The position numbers were made by a program, and so were the translations under genes. The notes beneath the pieces are model-generated. The model saw only the letters and a program-made list of their open reading frames with translations. It ran no database searches and was not told where the DNA came from. A stretch of 64,000 nucleotides of DNA from Christensenellaceae bacterium (GTDB lineage Bacteria > Bacillota > Clostridia > Christensenellales > CAG-138): contig OY776633.1 in assembly GCA_963675855.1 (NCBI GenBank), positions 538,546-602,545 of the forward strand. Reading direction: 5' to 3'. Positions within the stretch are counted from its first letter, which is position 1. Every line of letters starts with the position of its first letter. Of this stretch, positions 10,141 to 19,447 are shown piece by piece.

Positions 10141-10446
10141 GAGGCGAAAGCCGTTAAGACGGGAAGCATGTACATCGGTACGCGTAATAATAACCTGAAT
10201 AACGGATCAGAAGGCGCGAATACGCATATAACCTGTATATACGCGTCCGGCGGCTTAACGCAACCGCCTTGCCGTGAAAAGTGAAAACTTCTTTAACAGG
10301 TTGTAACGCTTCTGTTTTTTTCATGGAAAAGACTTGAAAAGATATGGAAAACCAATATACTGTCCATAGATGTCAGTTCATCTAGTATCATTTCAAAGCT
10401 TGCTGCGTTACTGGAATCGACGCGTTTTGTATCGGGGGAGGAAATC

Positions 10447-11238
10447 ATGAGAAGAAGATCTGTGCGTATTACACCGCTTGGTTATATCGTGCTGACCATC
10501 ATCATCCTGGTGATGGCGGTCGGCATCTATTTCATCGTCTGGTCCATGCGCAATTCGACCGGCGAACAGCCGGAGGGGAACCTCAACAGCATGTCGGTGC
10601 AGATCACACCGACGCCGTCCATCGCGCCCGTAGGCTCGAACACGGCGACGCCCGCTTCAACGAACCAGACGACCGTCGCGCCGCAGGAAACGCCGACCAT
10701 GACGCCAAAGCTGGACGATACGCCGGAACCCGACGTGAAAACGCCGAGCCCTTCGCAGGTGCAGACCGCCGTGGACGGCACGCTCAACGCCAGCGGCGTC
10801 GTGCTGCGCAAAGGCCCCGAGGCGACCTACAGCATCATCGGAAAATATTCCTCCGGCACGCAGCTGAAGGTTTATGAAGTGGACGGCGACTATTATTTCG
10901 TCAAGGTCGTCAAGGAGAATATCTACGGATATTTCGCTTCGAAGTTCGTCGATAAGGCGGGCCTGCTGCCCGGCGAAGACGCGACGCCGACGCCGAAGGC
11001 CATCGCGGGAACGATCCCCGGTACCGTATCCGCCAGCGTGCTCGCGCTGCGCACCATGCCAAGCACGGAGGGCAATACGCCCATCGGGGAAATATACAAG
11101 GGCGATTCCGTGCTGATCTACTTCAAAACGGGCGATTTCTATTATATTCAGGTGGTCGCGACCGGCGTAAACTGCTACGCCGCGGCGAAGTACATCACGC
11201 CGAGCACCACGGTGCCGACCGGCACGCCCGTGCCGTAA
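10447..11238 (+). CDS. membrane-anchored SH3b-domain protein with Thr/Pro-rich linker
   Basis: RBS GGGGGAGG; N-terminal TM helix; low-complexity TP-rich spacer; two SH3b-like repeats (GVVLRKGP...YKV.., VLALRTMPS...GDSVLIY). Confidence 0.7.
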   Translation: MRRRSVRITPLGYIVLTIIILVMAVGIYFIVWSMRNSTGEQPEGNLNSMSVQITPTPSIAPVGSNTATPASTNQTTVAPQETPTMTPKLDDTPEPDVKTPSPSQVQTAVDGTLNASGVVLRKGPEATYSIIGKYSSGTQLKVYEVDGDYYFVKVVKENIYGYFASKFVDKAGLLPGEDATPTPKAIAGTIPGTVSASVLALRTMPSTEGNTPIGEIYKGDSVLIYFKTGDFYYIQVVATGVNCYAAAKYITPSTTVPTGTPVP

Positions 11239-11254
11239 GCGGACGAAATACAAC

Positions 11255-11291
11255 AAAGCGCCCTGCGGTTGAATCCGCAGGGCGCTTTTTC
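11255..11291 (+). terminator. rho-independent terminator
   Basis: aaagcgccctgcgg-ttgaat-ccgcagggcgcttttt. Confidence 0.75.
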
Positions 11292-11300
11292 GCGCGCCGA

Positions 11301-12821
11301 TTATCCCGTAATATCACCGGGAGGTTCCGGCGCGCGGCTGATCAATACGCCGAGCAGAACGAAGAACACCGGCGTGCTGGCGGGCTGGGCGATATTGACC
11401 GCCGACTGCACCGCGTAAGCGACGACGGCTGCGGCTAATCCGCGAAAAACGGGGGACGAGACGCTCCGGCGCACACCCGTGCGGACGGCAAGAACGAGCG
11501 CGGCGAGGTAACAGGCAAGCCCCAGCGCACCGTTTGTAACGAGATATTGCAGGTATTCGCTGTGCGCCGTATCGAGGGACGCGTCCGGAAAAAGCGGGCG
11601 CAGCGCGTCCGCGTGGAACAGCGCGCCGGAACCCGCGCCGAAAAGCTTCTGCACAGGCGGCAGCGAGGCGTAAAACTGTGAGACGAACATCCAGATCTTG
11701 CCCCGGTCGGTGCCCCAGCTTTCGGAAAAGCGCGCATAGCGCTCGAGTCCGCCAAGCGGCAGGCCGCTAAGCGCGGTGTTGAACAATACGAGCGCGAAAA
11801 CGCCCAGCGCGAACGCGGAAGCGAGCGCGATGACGTAAGGTTTCTTCATCAGCACCAGACGTTCCGGCTTGGAACGGCGCAGGCCGAGCCAGAGGAGGAG
11901 CATGAGCGCCGCGAGCGGCAGGGAGACCACCGCGCGGCTGATCAGCGTCGTGAAGCCGGACAGATACGTCGCGGAGGGAAGCCAACGTGAAAACAGGCCG
12001 AAAATGAAAGAACAGAGAAAGAAGATCCCCCATCCGAGCGGGAGCCGCCGCAGCGCGGCGGGATCGGAAAACGACAGCATAGGAAACACCGCCGCCGCGG
12101 CGAAAAGCGCAAGCGCGACGCTGTCGCTGCCGGATACGAGCGCGCCGAAGGAGGCGCTTGCGAGCGCAAGCGCGGGCAGGACGCGCGCGCGCGGAAGCGG
12201 GGCGCGCAGAAACCAGCCGAGTGTGACGCAGAAAGCGAGCGAAAGATAGCTGCCGTAGAAGTTTGCGTTGCCGAGCGTTGACAGAAAACGCCCCCGGTCG
12301 GCCTGACGTAGGTTTTCATAAAATCCGAAGGGATCGACGCCGAAATGGTTGATCAGGCCTAAAAGGCCAGCCAGCGCCGCGCCGAGCACGAGCGCGCGCT
12401 CCGGCCAGCGCAAATCGACGGTTTGCTGCGAAAGCGACAGTACGGCGAGCGCGTATACGCATATGGTGAGCAGTCCCTGGTAGCGGTTGTTTTCGCCCCA
12501 GAACACTTCGCCGGGATACCGGCTGATCAGCCCGCCGACGACGCTGACGGCGAAGAATGCGCAAATTGCGAGCGCGGCGGGATGCAACGCGGCGCGCGGT
12601 GCGGCAACCCCGTAATCCGGCGGGAAAGAGATGCGCAATAAGAGCAGCGAGAGCAGATATACGCCGCTGGAAATCAGGAAAAACACATGTTTGGTTTCGG
12701 TGATGTTGAAATAGTAATCGCTGAATACGAGCGGCAGGCCGAGGAACACGGCGATGAGATACGCCGCTGTCAAAGCGGTCGCCGCGTTGCGGTAACGCTG
12801 CCGGTTGGTGGCTGGCTGCAT
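11301..12821 (-). CDS. O-antigen ligase / Wzy_C-family polytopic membrane protein
   Basis: Many TM segments; start moved to ATG 12821 (MQPATN...) preceded by AGGAG; the track ORF start at 12923 has no RBS. Confidence 0.65.
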   Translation of the reverse strand: MQPATNRQRYRNAATALTAAYLIAVFLGLPLVFSDYYFNITETKHVFFLISSGVYLLSLLLLRISFPPDYGVAAPRAALHPAALAICAFFAVSVVGGLISRYPGEVFWGENNRYQGLLTICVYALAVLSLSQQTVDLRWPERALVLGAALAGLLGLINHFGVDPFGFYENLRQADRGRFLSTLGNANFYGSYLSLAFCVTLGWFLRAPLPRARVLPALALASASFGALVSGSDSVALALFAAAAVFPMLSFSDPAALRRLPLGWGIFFLCSFIFGLFSRWLPSATYLSGFTTLISRAVVSLPLAALMLLLWLGLRRSKPERLVLMKKPYVIALASAFALGVFALVLFNTALSGLPLGGLERYARFSESWGTDRGKIWMFVSQFYASLPPVQKLFGAGSGALFHADALRPLFPDASLDTAHSEYLQYLVTNGALGLACYLAALVLAVRTGVRRSVSSPVFRGLAAAVVAYAVQSAVNIAQPASTPVFFVLLGVLISRAPEPPGDITG

Positions 12822-13012
12822 GGGGCTTACTCCTCGCCGTACCGCGCGCCTTGTGTCGGGCGGGCGTACAAACTGTGATCCTATTATGAATTTTATCATA
12901 AGCGGGCGCTTTTTGTTTGACAATCCAGAAACGATCGATTATCATACAAGCGTACTAACACATATAGTACACTTAGTAAATAAAAAAATCAAGATCTTAG
13001 GAGGCACAAAAC

Positions 13013-13192
13013 ATGAAAAAAGGTATGATTCTGATTGCGCTGGCGGTTTTAAGCGCGGTTACCCTCGCTGCCTGCGGGCCGAAAGGCGTCGAATCCGACA
13101 ACAACGCGCTTTCCACCTACGGCAACGCCATATCTACGAGCGGCAACGCCGTATCCGCGGGCGACGCCGTGTCCACAGGCGACGCGGGTTGA
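13013..13192 (+). CDS. small lipoprotein (59 aa), absent from the ORF track
   Basis: AGGAGG 8 nt upstream of ATG 13013; signal peptide with lipobox LAAC; mature part has repeated GNA(I/V)S / GDAVS units; followed by a terminator. Confidence 0.6.
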   Translation: MKKGMILIALAVLSAVTLAACGPKGVESDNNALSTYGNAISTSGNAVSAGDAVSTGDAG

Positions 13193-13247
13193 ACAAAAAG
13201 GAGCACGAACGGATCAAATCCGCGTTATGCGGCATAGCTTGGAGAAT

Positions 13248-13276
13248 AAAAGACGCGGCGTTTGCCGCGTCTTTTA
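13248..13276. terminator. bidirectional rho-independent terminator
   Basis: aaaagacgcggc-gttt-gccgcgtctttt between convergent genes. Confidence 0.75.
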
Positions 13277-14203
13277 TCAATCTAGTAACTTTCGATCGGG
13301 ATATGCGCCCGCATCGGTGAGTTCACCCAGCGCGCGCTGCACTTCAGGCCGGTCCTCGCGGTAGGTGACGCCGTACCAGCGGTCCGGCGAAGATAGGACG
13401 CGCACGCTCGCCGCATTCGCCTGCAGCATGCGCCCGACCTCCTGCGGAATTAAGAATTCGCCTTTGAGCGGATTGTTCGCCGCAGCGTCTTCTAAAAACA
13501 CGGGAAAACGCGCTTCCAGCGCGTCGAAGAGCGACGGCATAAAACCGAAGAAATTCATGGAAACGAGGTTGTCCCCCGAAAAATGCACAAACGTCTGCCC
13601 GTCGTCCTCGGTATAGGCGGGGCCTTCCGGGGTTTTGTAGATCTTAAGCCGCTCCACGATATTCACCAGCTCGCCGGATGCGTCCACCTCACAGACGCCG
13701 CGCGCGACGGAACCGTTTTCGGTGAGCGTGTTCTTGGCGAGATAGCCGACCATAGAGAAGTCCGCTTTTTCGCCGTCCCTGGCGTTTTCCAGGTAATCGA
13801 ACAGAACGGAGAACGCGCGCTTGCCGTAGTAGTCGTCCGCGTTGATGGCGGCGAACGGCTCGCTTACGTCGTTTTTACAGCAGAGCAGTGCGTGCGCGGT
13901 GCCCCAGGGCTTTACGCGGCCTTCGGGAACGGAGAAGCCGGCGGGCAGCATAGCGTCCGGCTGTTGAAAGACGTAGCGAACCTCCATATGTTTCTCCGCG
14001 CGGCGGCCGACAATCTCGTAAAAATCCTGTTCGATCTTGCGGTTGATGATGAACACGACCTTTTCAAAGCCTGCGGCCATCGCGTCGAACAGCGAATAAT
14101 CCATGATGATTTCGCCGTGACGGCCGATGGGGTCGATCTGCTTGAGCCCGCCGTAGCGGCTGCCCATGCCGGCCGCCATGACTACGAGAGAAGGTTTCTT
14201 CAT
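13277..14203 (-). CDS. sugar-1-phosphate nucleotidyltransferase (NTP_transferase family)
   Basis: Start at ATG 14203 (MKKPSLVV) after AAGGAGA; MAAGMGSRYGGLKQ nucleotide-binding loop. Confidence 0.7.
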   Translation of the reverse strand: MKKPSLVVMAAGMGSRYGGLKQIDPIGRHGEIIMDYSLFDAMAAGFEKVVFIINRKIEQDFYEIVGRRAEKHMEVRYVFQQPDAMLPAGFSVPEGRVKPWGTAHALLCCKNDVSEPFAAINADDYYGKRAFSVLFDYLENARDGEKADFSMVGYLAKNTLTENGSVARGVCEVDASGELVNIVERLKIYKTPEGPAYTEDDGQTFVHFSGDNLVSMNFFGFMPSLFDALEARFPVFLEDAAANNPLKGEFLIPQEVGRMLQANAASVRVLSSPDRWYGVTYREDRPEVQRALGELTDAGAYPDRKLLD

Positions 14204-14247
14204 ATCAAAAAATTCTCCTTGCAAATATTAAAGAATCGGACGGGCGG

Positions 14248-15267
14248 TTACGCCTCGTCCTGAAAACCGTTCGGATTTTGACTCTGCCAGCGCCAGGCGT
14301 CCCGGCACATGCGTTGGATGCCGAACTCGGCGCGCCAGTCGAGTTCCCGCGCGGCTTTGCCCGGCTCGGCGTAACAGGCGGCTATGTCGCCCGGGCGGCG
14401 GGGCGCGAATTCAAACGGCAGCGTTTTGCCGCAGGCTTTTTCAAACGCGTGCAGTACGTCCAGCACGGAGTAGCCGACGCCGGTTCCGAGGTTGTAGGTG
14501 GAAACGCCGGCGCCGCTTTCGAGTTTTTTCAGCGCGGCGACGTGCCCTTTGGCAAGATCCACGACATGGATATAATCCCGCACGCCCGTGCCGTCCGGGG
14601 TCGGGTAATCGCTTCCGAACACGCGCAGCTTCGGGAGCTTGCCGACGGCCACCTGCGCGATAAAGGGCATGAGGTTGTTGGGTATGCCGTTGGGGTCCTC
14701 GCCGATCAGGCCGGATTCGTGCGCGCCGACGGGGTTGAAGTAACGCAGCAGACACACGCGCATCCCGGGGTTCGCCGCGGCGGTATCGCGCAGCATATCC
14801 TCGATCATGAGTTTCGTGCGCCCGTAGGGATTCGTTGCCGAGAGCGGGAAATCCTCGCTGATGGGCACGCTCGCGGGGTCGCCGTACACCGTAGCGCTGG
14901 AGGAGAAGACAAACCGCGTTACGCCGTGCTTCTGCATGGCAAGCAGGAGGCCGAGCGTGGAGATGAGGTTGTTGCGGTAGTATTCGAGCGGCATGAGAAC
15001 GCTTTCGCCGACCGCCTTGAGCCCGGCAAAGTGGATCACCGCGTCAATATCATAACGCGTGAAGAGCGTATCGGCCGCATCCCGGTCGGTCAAGTCGGTT
15101 TCCTCAAAATCAAAAGGCTTGCAGGCGAGCTCACGGAGCCTGTTCAGCGCCGCCGGTTTGCTGTTGACGAAATTGTCCGCAACGACGACCTGATACCCCG
15201 CGTCCAGCAGTTCCAGCACGGTATGGCTGCCGATGTATCCGGCGCCGCCGGCTACCAGAATCCTCAT
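14248..15267 (-). CDS. galE: UDP-glucose 4-epimerase
   Basis: GGAGYIGSH Rossmann motif, YGRTK (YxxxK) catalytic motif, 339 aa. Confidence 0.9.
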   Translation of the reverse strand: MRILVAGGAGYIGSHTVLELLDAGYQVVVADNFVNSKPAALNRLRELACKPFDFEETDLTDRDAADTLFTRYDIDAVIHFAGLKAVGESVLMPLEYYRNNLISTLGLLLAMQKHGVTRFVFSSSATVYGDPASVPISEDFPLSATNPYGRTKLMIEDMLRDTAAANPGMRVCLLRYFNPVGAHESGLIGEDPNGIPNNLMPFIAQVAVGKLPKLRVFGSDYPTPDGTGVRDYIHVVDLAKGHVAALKKLESGAGVSTYNLGTGVGYSVLDVLHAFEKACGKTLPFEFAPRRPGDIAACYAEPGKAARELDWRAEFGIQRMCRDAWRWQSQNPNGFQDEA

Positions 15268-15537
15268 AAAAAAAGGGATTCTCCTTTCGCGTATTTGGGA
15301 GAAACAAAGCGGACTGCACGCGGGCAGGCGAAGCGGTGTTGTCGATACAACCGTGACGCGCCGGTAAAAGCGTGCAGTTCATGCGCGGCGACGGTCAATA
15401 AACGATCTCGCGCACCTTTATTATAGGCGTACGGGCAAAGTCTGTCAAAGGAGCCAATAAATAAACAAAAATCGATAATGAAATAGCGATATTTTACAAA
15501 AATTGTGCTTTTTCAGCTTTCCTAAATAATATTGCTG

Positions 15538-15546
15538 TGTTATAAT
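15538..15546 (+). promoter_or_regulatory. extended -10 promoter element (TGTTATAAT) of the hydrogenase operon
   Basis: tgt+tataat about 58 nt upstream of hydC ATG in an AT-rich gap; weak -35. Confidence 0.4.
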
Positions 15547-15603
15547 CCTTACTGGCTTGTACCGGCTGGCCGGCCGGTTTGAATCAGACCGAGGAGGAAG
15601 AAT

Positions 15604-16098
15604 ATGGCTAAGCAGAAGACTGTCGTTCCCTTTCGCGGAACACAGGAACAGGAAAAACAGCTTTTAAAGATCATCGACGACCACAAAGAAGTCCCCGGCG
15701 CGCTGATGCCGGTGCTCCAGCAGGCGCAGGAGCTGTACGGCTATTTGCCCATCGAGGTGCAGACCAAAATCGCGGAGGGTCTCGGCATTTCGATCGAAGA
15801 GGTCTATCAGGTCGTTACGTTTTACGCGCAGTTTTCGCTTAACCCGACCGGCAAGCACCGCGTCGCGGTCTGCCTCGGCACTGCCTGCTATGTGAAAGGC
15901 GCGCAGGACATCCTCGAAGAACTTGAAAAAGAACTCGGTATCAAAGCCGGCAGCACCACACCGGACGGTATCTTTACGCTGGAAGCGACGCGCTGCCTCG
16001 GCTGCTGCGGCCTGGCTCCCGTCATCGTGGTGGACGAAGAGGTTTACGGTCGTCTTGTTCCCGCGGACATCAAGGGGATCCTCGCCAAATACAACTGA
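15604..16098 (+). CDS. hydC: NuoE-like [2Fe-2S] subunit of NADH/ferredoxin-dependent [FeFe]-hydrogenase (HydC / HndA type)
   Basis: RBS GAGGAGG; thioredoxin-like 2Fe-2S cysteines VCLGTACYV and RCLGCCGLAP. Confidence 0.85.
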   Translation: MAKQKTVVPFRGTQEQEKQLLKIIDDHKEVPGALMPVLQQAQELYGYLPIEVQTKIAEGLGISIEEVYQVVTFYAQFSLNPTGKHRVAVCLGTACYVKGAQDILEELEKELGIKAGSTTPDGIFTLEATRCLGCCGLAPVIVVDEEVYGRLVPADIKGILAKYN

Positions 16099-16175
16099 TT
16101 TGCTGGCTCGCCGCATCCACCCCGCCGGGCGGAACAACACTCGCCCGGCGCAACCGGACGAAGGGACGGATTCGA

Positions 16176-16526
16176 ATGAAGATTCGTGAAATCGCATCTC
16201 TGCTCGATGCAAAGATTCTCTGCGGGGAATTATTGCTTGACGACGAGGTACAGAGCGCCTGCGGAAGCGATATGATGAGCGACGTGCTCGCCTTTGTAAA
16301 AGACCAGGGCGTACTCGTTACGGGCCTCATCAATCCGCAGGTGATCCGCACCGCCATGATGATGGACATGCGCTGCGTCATATTCGTCCGGGGAAAGACC
16401 CCTACGGCGGAGATGGTGGAGCTGGCGAAAGATCATCATATCGCCGTTCTTGCCAGCGCGTCTCGCATGTATGAGGCATGCGGCAAGCTCTATGCGGGCG
16501 GCCTCGGCAGCGGGGTCTGCCGGTGA
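16176..16526 (+). CDS. DRTGG domain-containing protein
   Basis: 116 aa; pattern CGSDMMSDVL...VLVTGL..PQVIRTA resembles DRTGG domain; stop overlaps next start (TGATG). Confidence 0.65.
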   Translation: MKIREIASLLDAKILCGELLLDDEVQSACGSDMMSDVLAFVKDQGVLVTGLINPQVIRTAMMMDMRCVIFVRGKTPTAEMVELAKDHHIAVLASASRMYEACGKLYAGGLGSGVCR

Positions 16527-16960
16527 TGGCGGAGACGCTGAAATTTCACTACGACGTGGACGGGGACAACTTCACATCCGCCGGCGCCGCGTCCGTGGAG
16601 GTCAAGCGAAAGCTGCGGCAGCTCGGCCTGAATACGGAGACGATCCGGCGCGTTTCCATCGCGATGTACGAAGGCGAAATCAACATGGTCGTACACGCGC
16701 GCGGCGGTTCCGCAGACGTATACGTCGATCAGAACTGCGTTACGATTATACTGGCCGACCGAGGCCCGGGCATACCGGACATCGATCTGGCGATGCAGGA
16801 AGGATTCTCGACAGCGCCGGATAACATCCGCGCGCTGGGGTTTGGGGCGGGCATGGGCCTGCCGAACATGCAGCGATATACGGATGAAATGAAGATTGAA
16901 ACCAAGCTCGGCAAGGGCACAACGGTCACAATGAAGGTTTATATCAAGACGGATGGCTGA
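16526..16960 (+). CDS. GHKL-type ATP-binding protein (anti-sigma-factor/serine-kinase-like, no DHp domain)
   Basis: 144 aa; N-box-like YEGEINMVVHA, G1 DRGPGI, G2 GFGAGMGLPN; no His phospho-acceptor region. Confidence 0.7.
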   Translation: MAETLKFHYDVDGDNFTSAGAASVEVKRKLRQLGLNTETIRRVSIAMYEGEINMVVHARGGSADVYVDQNCVTIILADRGPGIPDIDLAMQEGFSTAPDNIRALGFGAGMGLPNMQRYTDEMKIETKLGKGTTVTMKVYIKTDG

Positions 16961-17073
16961 TATCCGAAACCCGTTACCAAACGAACAGGCGCGAATGTAT
17001 GAGCGAGCGCACCGGAACAGGACGGAGGCCGAACCCGCGCCAAAGGCGCCGCGCACGGCCGACGGAAAGGCGA

Positions 17074-18372
17074 ATGATACCGCGCATGAAGCAATATCAA
17101 CACTCGGTCTCACTCGACATCGAAAAATGCAAAGGCTGCACCAACTGCCTCAAACGCTGCCCGACCGAAGCCATCCGCATACGCGACGGTCACGCGGTGA
17201 TCGATTCGGACGTGTGCATCGACTGCGGCGAGTGCATCCGCCGCTGCCCCTATCAGGCGAAAAAAGCGAACTTCGACCGCTTTGAAGATATTCCCGCGGC
17301 AAAGCACCGCATCGCGCTGCCCGCGCCGTCGTTTTACGGACAGTTTGCCGATCTCGACGATGTGGACTATATCCTCCAGGGGCTTCTGGACATCGGATTC
17401 GACGACGTGTTCGAGGTCGCCCGCGCGGCGGAGATCGTAACCGAGTACACGCGCCGGTATATGAGCGGTGAGAACATCAGCTACCCGGTCATCAACTCCG
17501 CCTGCCCGGCGGTCGTCCGGCTCATTACACTGCGTTTCCCCTATCTTTGCGGCCATGTGATACCGCTGATGCCGCCCATCGAGGTGGCGGGAAAACTGGC
17601 GAGAGAGGAAGCGCTCGAAAAGCATCCGGATCTCAAGCCGGAGGACGTCGCGGTGGTGTTCGTTTCCCCGTGCCCCGCGAAAGCGAGCTATGTCAAAAAC
17701 GGTTTTCTGGGCGAGAAGAGTCATGTGGACTACGTCGTTTCGATGAGCGATATCTACTTCAAGCTCATCGGTACGATGAAGAAAAACACGATTCCGCAAA
17801 CAGCGAGCCGGAGCGGTATGATCGGCATGAGCTGGGCAAGCACGGGAGGCGAAGCGAGCGCGCTGTTCAACGATAAATACCTCGCGGCGGACGGCATCGA
17901 AAACGTCATCCGTGTGCTCGACCAGATCGAGACGGGACACTTCCCGATGCTGCAGTACGTAGAGCTCAACGCATGCCCGGGCGGCTGCGTCGGCGGGGTT
18001 GCGACGGTGGAGAATCCCTATATCGCGCGCGTGCGGCTGCAGGCGCTGCGGCGGTACTTGCCGGTATCACAGAATCGATTGGAGAAGGACGATATCGGAA
18101 CGTTCCCGGAGGAAATGCTCTTTCCGAAAGACCTCGAATATCGACCGGTCGGCAAATTGGACGAAGATTTGAACACGGCGATGCAGAAGATGAGCGAAAT
18201 CGAAGCGCTCACCGCATCCCTGCCCGCGCTGGACTGCGGCTCCTGCGGCGCCCCGACCTGCCGCGCGTTTGCCGAGGACGTCGTGCTCGGCGGTCGGAAC
18301 GTGGACGAGTGCATCGTCTATATGCGCGAGCGGATTTCGGAACTCGCCGGGCGCATGGAGGAAAAGCCTTGA
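17074..18372 (+). CDS. [FeFe]-hydrogenase-like protein (2x[4Fe-4S] ferredoxin domain + H-cluster domain + C-terminal Fe-S domain), putative sensory paralogue
   Basis: CKGCTNCLKRCP and CIDCGECIRRCP; degenerate H-cluster motifs NSACPAV / SPCPAK / ELNACPGGCVGG; C-terminal CGSCGAPTCRAF...C; start 17074 (GGAAAGG RBS), alternatives 16999/17086. Confidence 0.75.
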   Translation: MIPRMKQYQHSVSLDIEKCKGCTNCLKRCPTEAIRIRDGHAVIDSDVCIDCGECIRRCPYQAKKANFDRFEDIPAAKHRIALPAPSFYGQFADLDDVDYILQGLLDIGFDDVFEVARAAEIVTEYTRRYMSGENISYPVINSACPAVVRLITLRFPYLCGHVIPLMPPIEVAGKLAREEALEKHPDLKPEDVAVVFVSPCPAKASYVKNGFLGEKSHVDYVVSMSDIYFKLIGTMKKNTIPQTASRSGMIGMSWASTGGEASALFNDKYLAADGIENVIRVLDQIETGHFPMLQYVELNACPGGCVGGVATVENPYIARVRLQALRRYLPVSQNRLEKDDIGTFPEEMLFPKDLEYRPVGKLDEDLNTAMQKMSEIEALTASLPALDCGSCGAPTCRAFAEDVVLGGRNVDECIVYMRERISELAGRMEEKP

Positions 18373-18695
18373 CCGCCCTCGGCCTGAAAGAGGCGCTTTC
18401 GCTTACCGCGTTTGCGTTGCCGGAAAGCGGCAGGCGCGTATGCGGCGGATATACGGGCGATCTTTTGAGCTGGGTCATGGGGCGGGCCAAAGCGGATGAC
18501 GCATGGCTGACCATCATGTCCAACGCCAACATCGTCGCCGTCGCAAGCCTTGCGGACGTAAGCTGCGTCATCCTCTGCGAAGGCGTGGTGCCGGACGCGG
18601 GCGTACGGGATCTCGCCGCGGAAAAAGGCGTCAACCTCTTCGGCAGCGGCGAAACCATGTTTGAACTCTCCGCGCGGGTGAAAAACCTGCTATGA
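18369..18695 (+). CDS. DRTGG domain-containing protein (second copy)
   Basis: TTG 18369 overlaps upstream TGA; paralogous to 16176-16526 (GDLLSWVM...WLTIMSNANIVAVA). Confidence 0.55.
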   Translation: MTALGLKEALSLTAFALPESGRRVCGGYTGDLLSWVMGRAKADDAWLTIMSNANIVAVASLADVSCVILCEGVVPDAGVRDLAAEKGVNLFGSGETMFELSARVKNLL

Positions 18696-19447
18696 GCGAG
18701 TTTTTATGCGACCTTCACATTCACTCCTGCCTGTCCCCCTGCGGGGAAGAGGAGATGACGCCGTGGTCGATCGCGGGAATGGCCCGGTTGAACGGGCTGG
18801 ACATCGCCGCGCTGACCGACCATAATGCCTGCGGCAACTGTGCCCCCTTTTTCACCGCCTGCGCGCGCTACGGCGTGGTGCCTGTGGCGGGAATGGAGCT
18901 TACCACCAGCGAAGACGTACACCTGCTCTGCCTCTTTCGTACGCTCGCGGGCGCAAACGCGTTTGCCGCCGTCGTGGAACAAAAGCGCGTGAGGATGCGT
19001 AACCGGCCGGAGATCTTCGGCAGGCAGCAGTTCATCGGGCCCGACGACGGACCGGACGGCGAGGAAGAGGACCTGCTTGTCAACGCGACGAGCCTTTCGC
19101 TCGATGAAGCGGCGCAGCTGACGCTTGACAACAGCGGCGCGGCGATCCCCGCGCACATCGACCGCGAGGCAAACGGCGTGCTCGCCATTCTGGGCGAACT
19201 GCCGGAAAAACCGGATTTTCCCACTGTGGAGATCCGGAATCCGGAACGGGTCGACGGGTTGAAACGGGAGCATCCGAACCTGTACGGAAAGCGGATGATC
19301 ATATCCTCGGACGCGCACAGCCTCTGGCGGATACTCGAGCCGGGATACCCGATCGAACTGCCGTGCCCGTCGGACGCGGACGAACAGGCGGTGCGGGACG
19401 CGCTGATCGACTATCTCAACGGCGTGCCGGACGGAGGGCGCGCATGA
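18692..19447 (+). CDS. PHP-domain metal-dependent phosphoesterase
   Basis: ATGA overlap; N-terminal DLHIHS...TDHN histidine motifs typical of PHP domains. Confidence 0.75.
   Translation: MSEFLCDLHIHSCLSPCGEEEMTPWSIAGMARLNGLDIAALTDHNACGNCAPFFTACARYGVVPVAGMELTTSEDVHLLCLFRTLAGANAFAAVVEQKRVRMRNRPEIFGRQQFIGPDDGPDGEEEDLLVNATSLSLDEAAQLTLDNSGAAIPAHIDREANGVLAILGELPEKPDFPTVEIRNPERVDGLKREHPNLYGKRMIISSDAHSLWRILEPGYPIELPCPSDADEQAVRDALIDYLNGVPDGGRA

Noticed and set aside
14278-15426. 382-aa plus-strand ORF; similar long shadow ORFs at 29481-30698, 52068-53183, 40720-41658, 28162-29184 and 26996-28021
   Set aside because: Each is antisense to a gene with clear family motifs (galE, glmM, the hypothetical protein/radA region, arcB, nth/glmM, obg) and has no recognisable domains or RBS.
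15496-15506. Possible Rex (redox regulator) operator upstream of the hydrogenase operon
   Set aside because: I looked for a TTGTGAA-N6-TTCACAA-type site. Only a short ACAA-AAA-TTGT dyad is present near the -35 region, which does not match the Rex consensus well enough to call.
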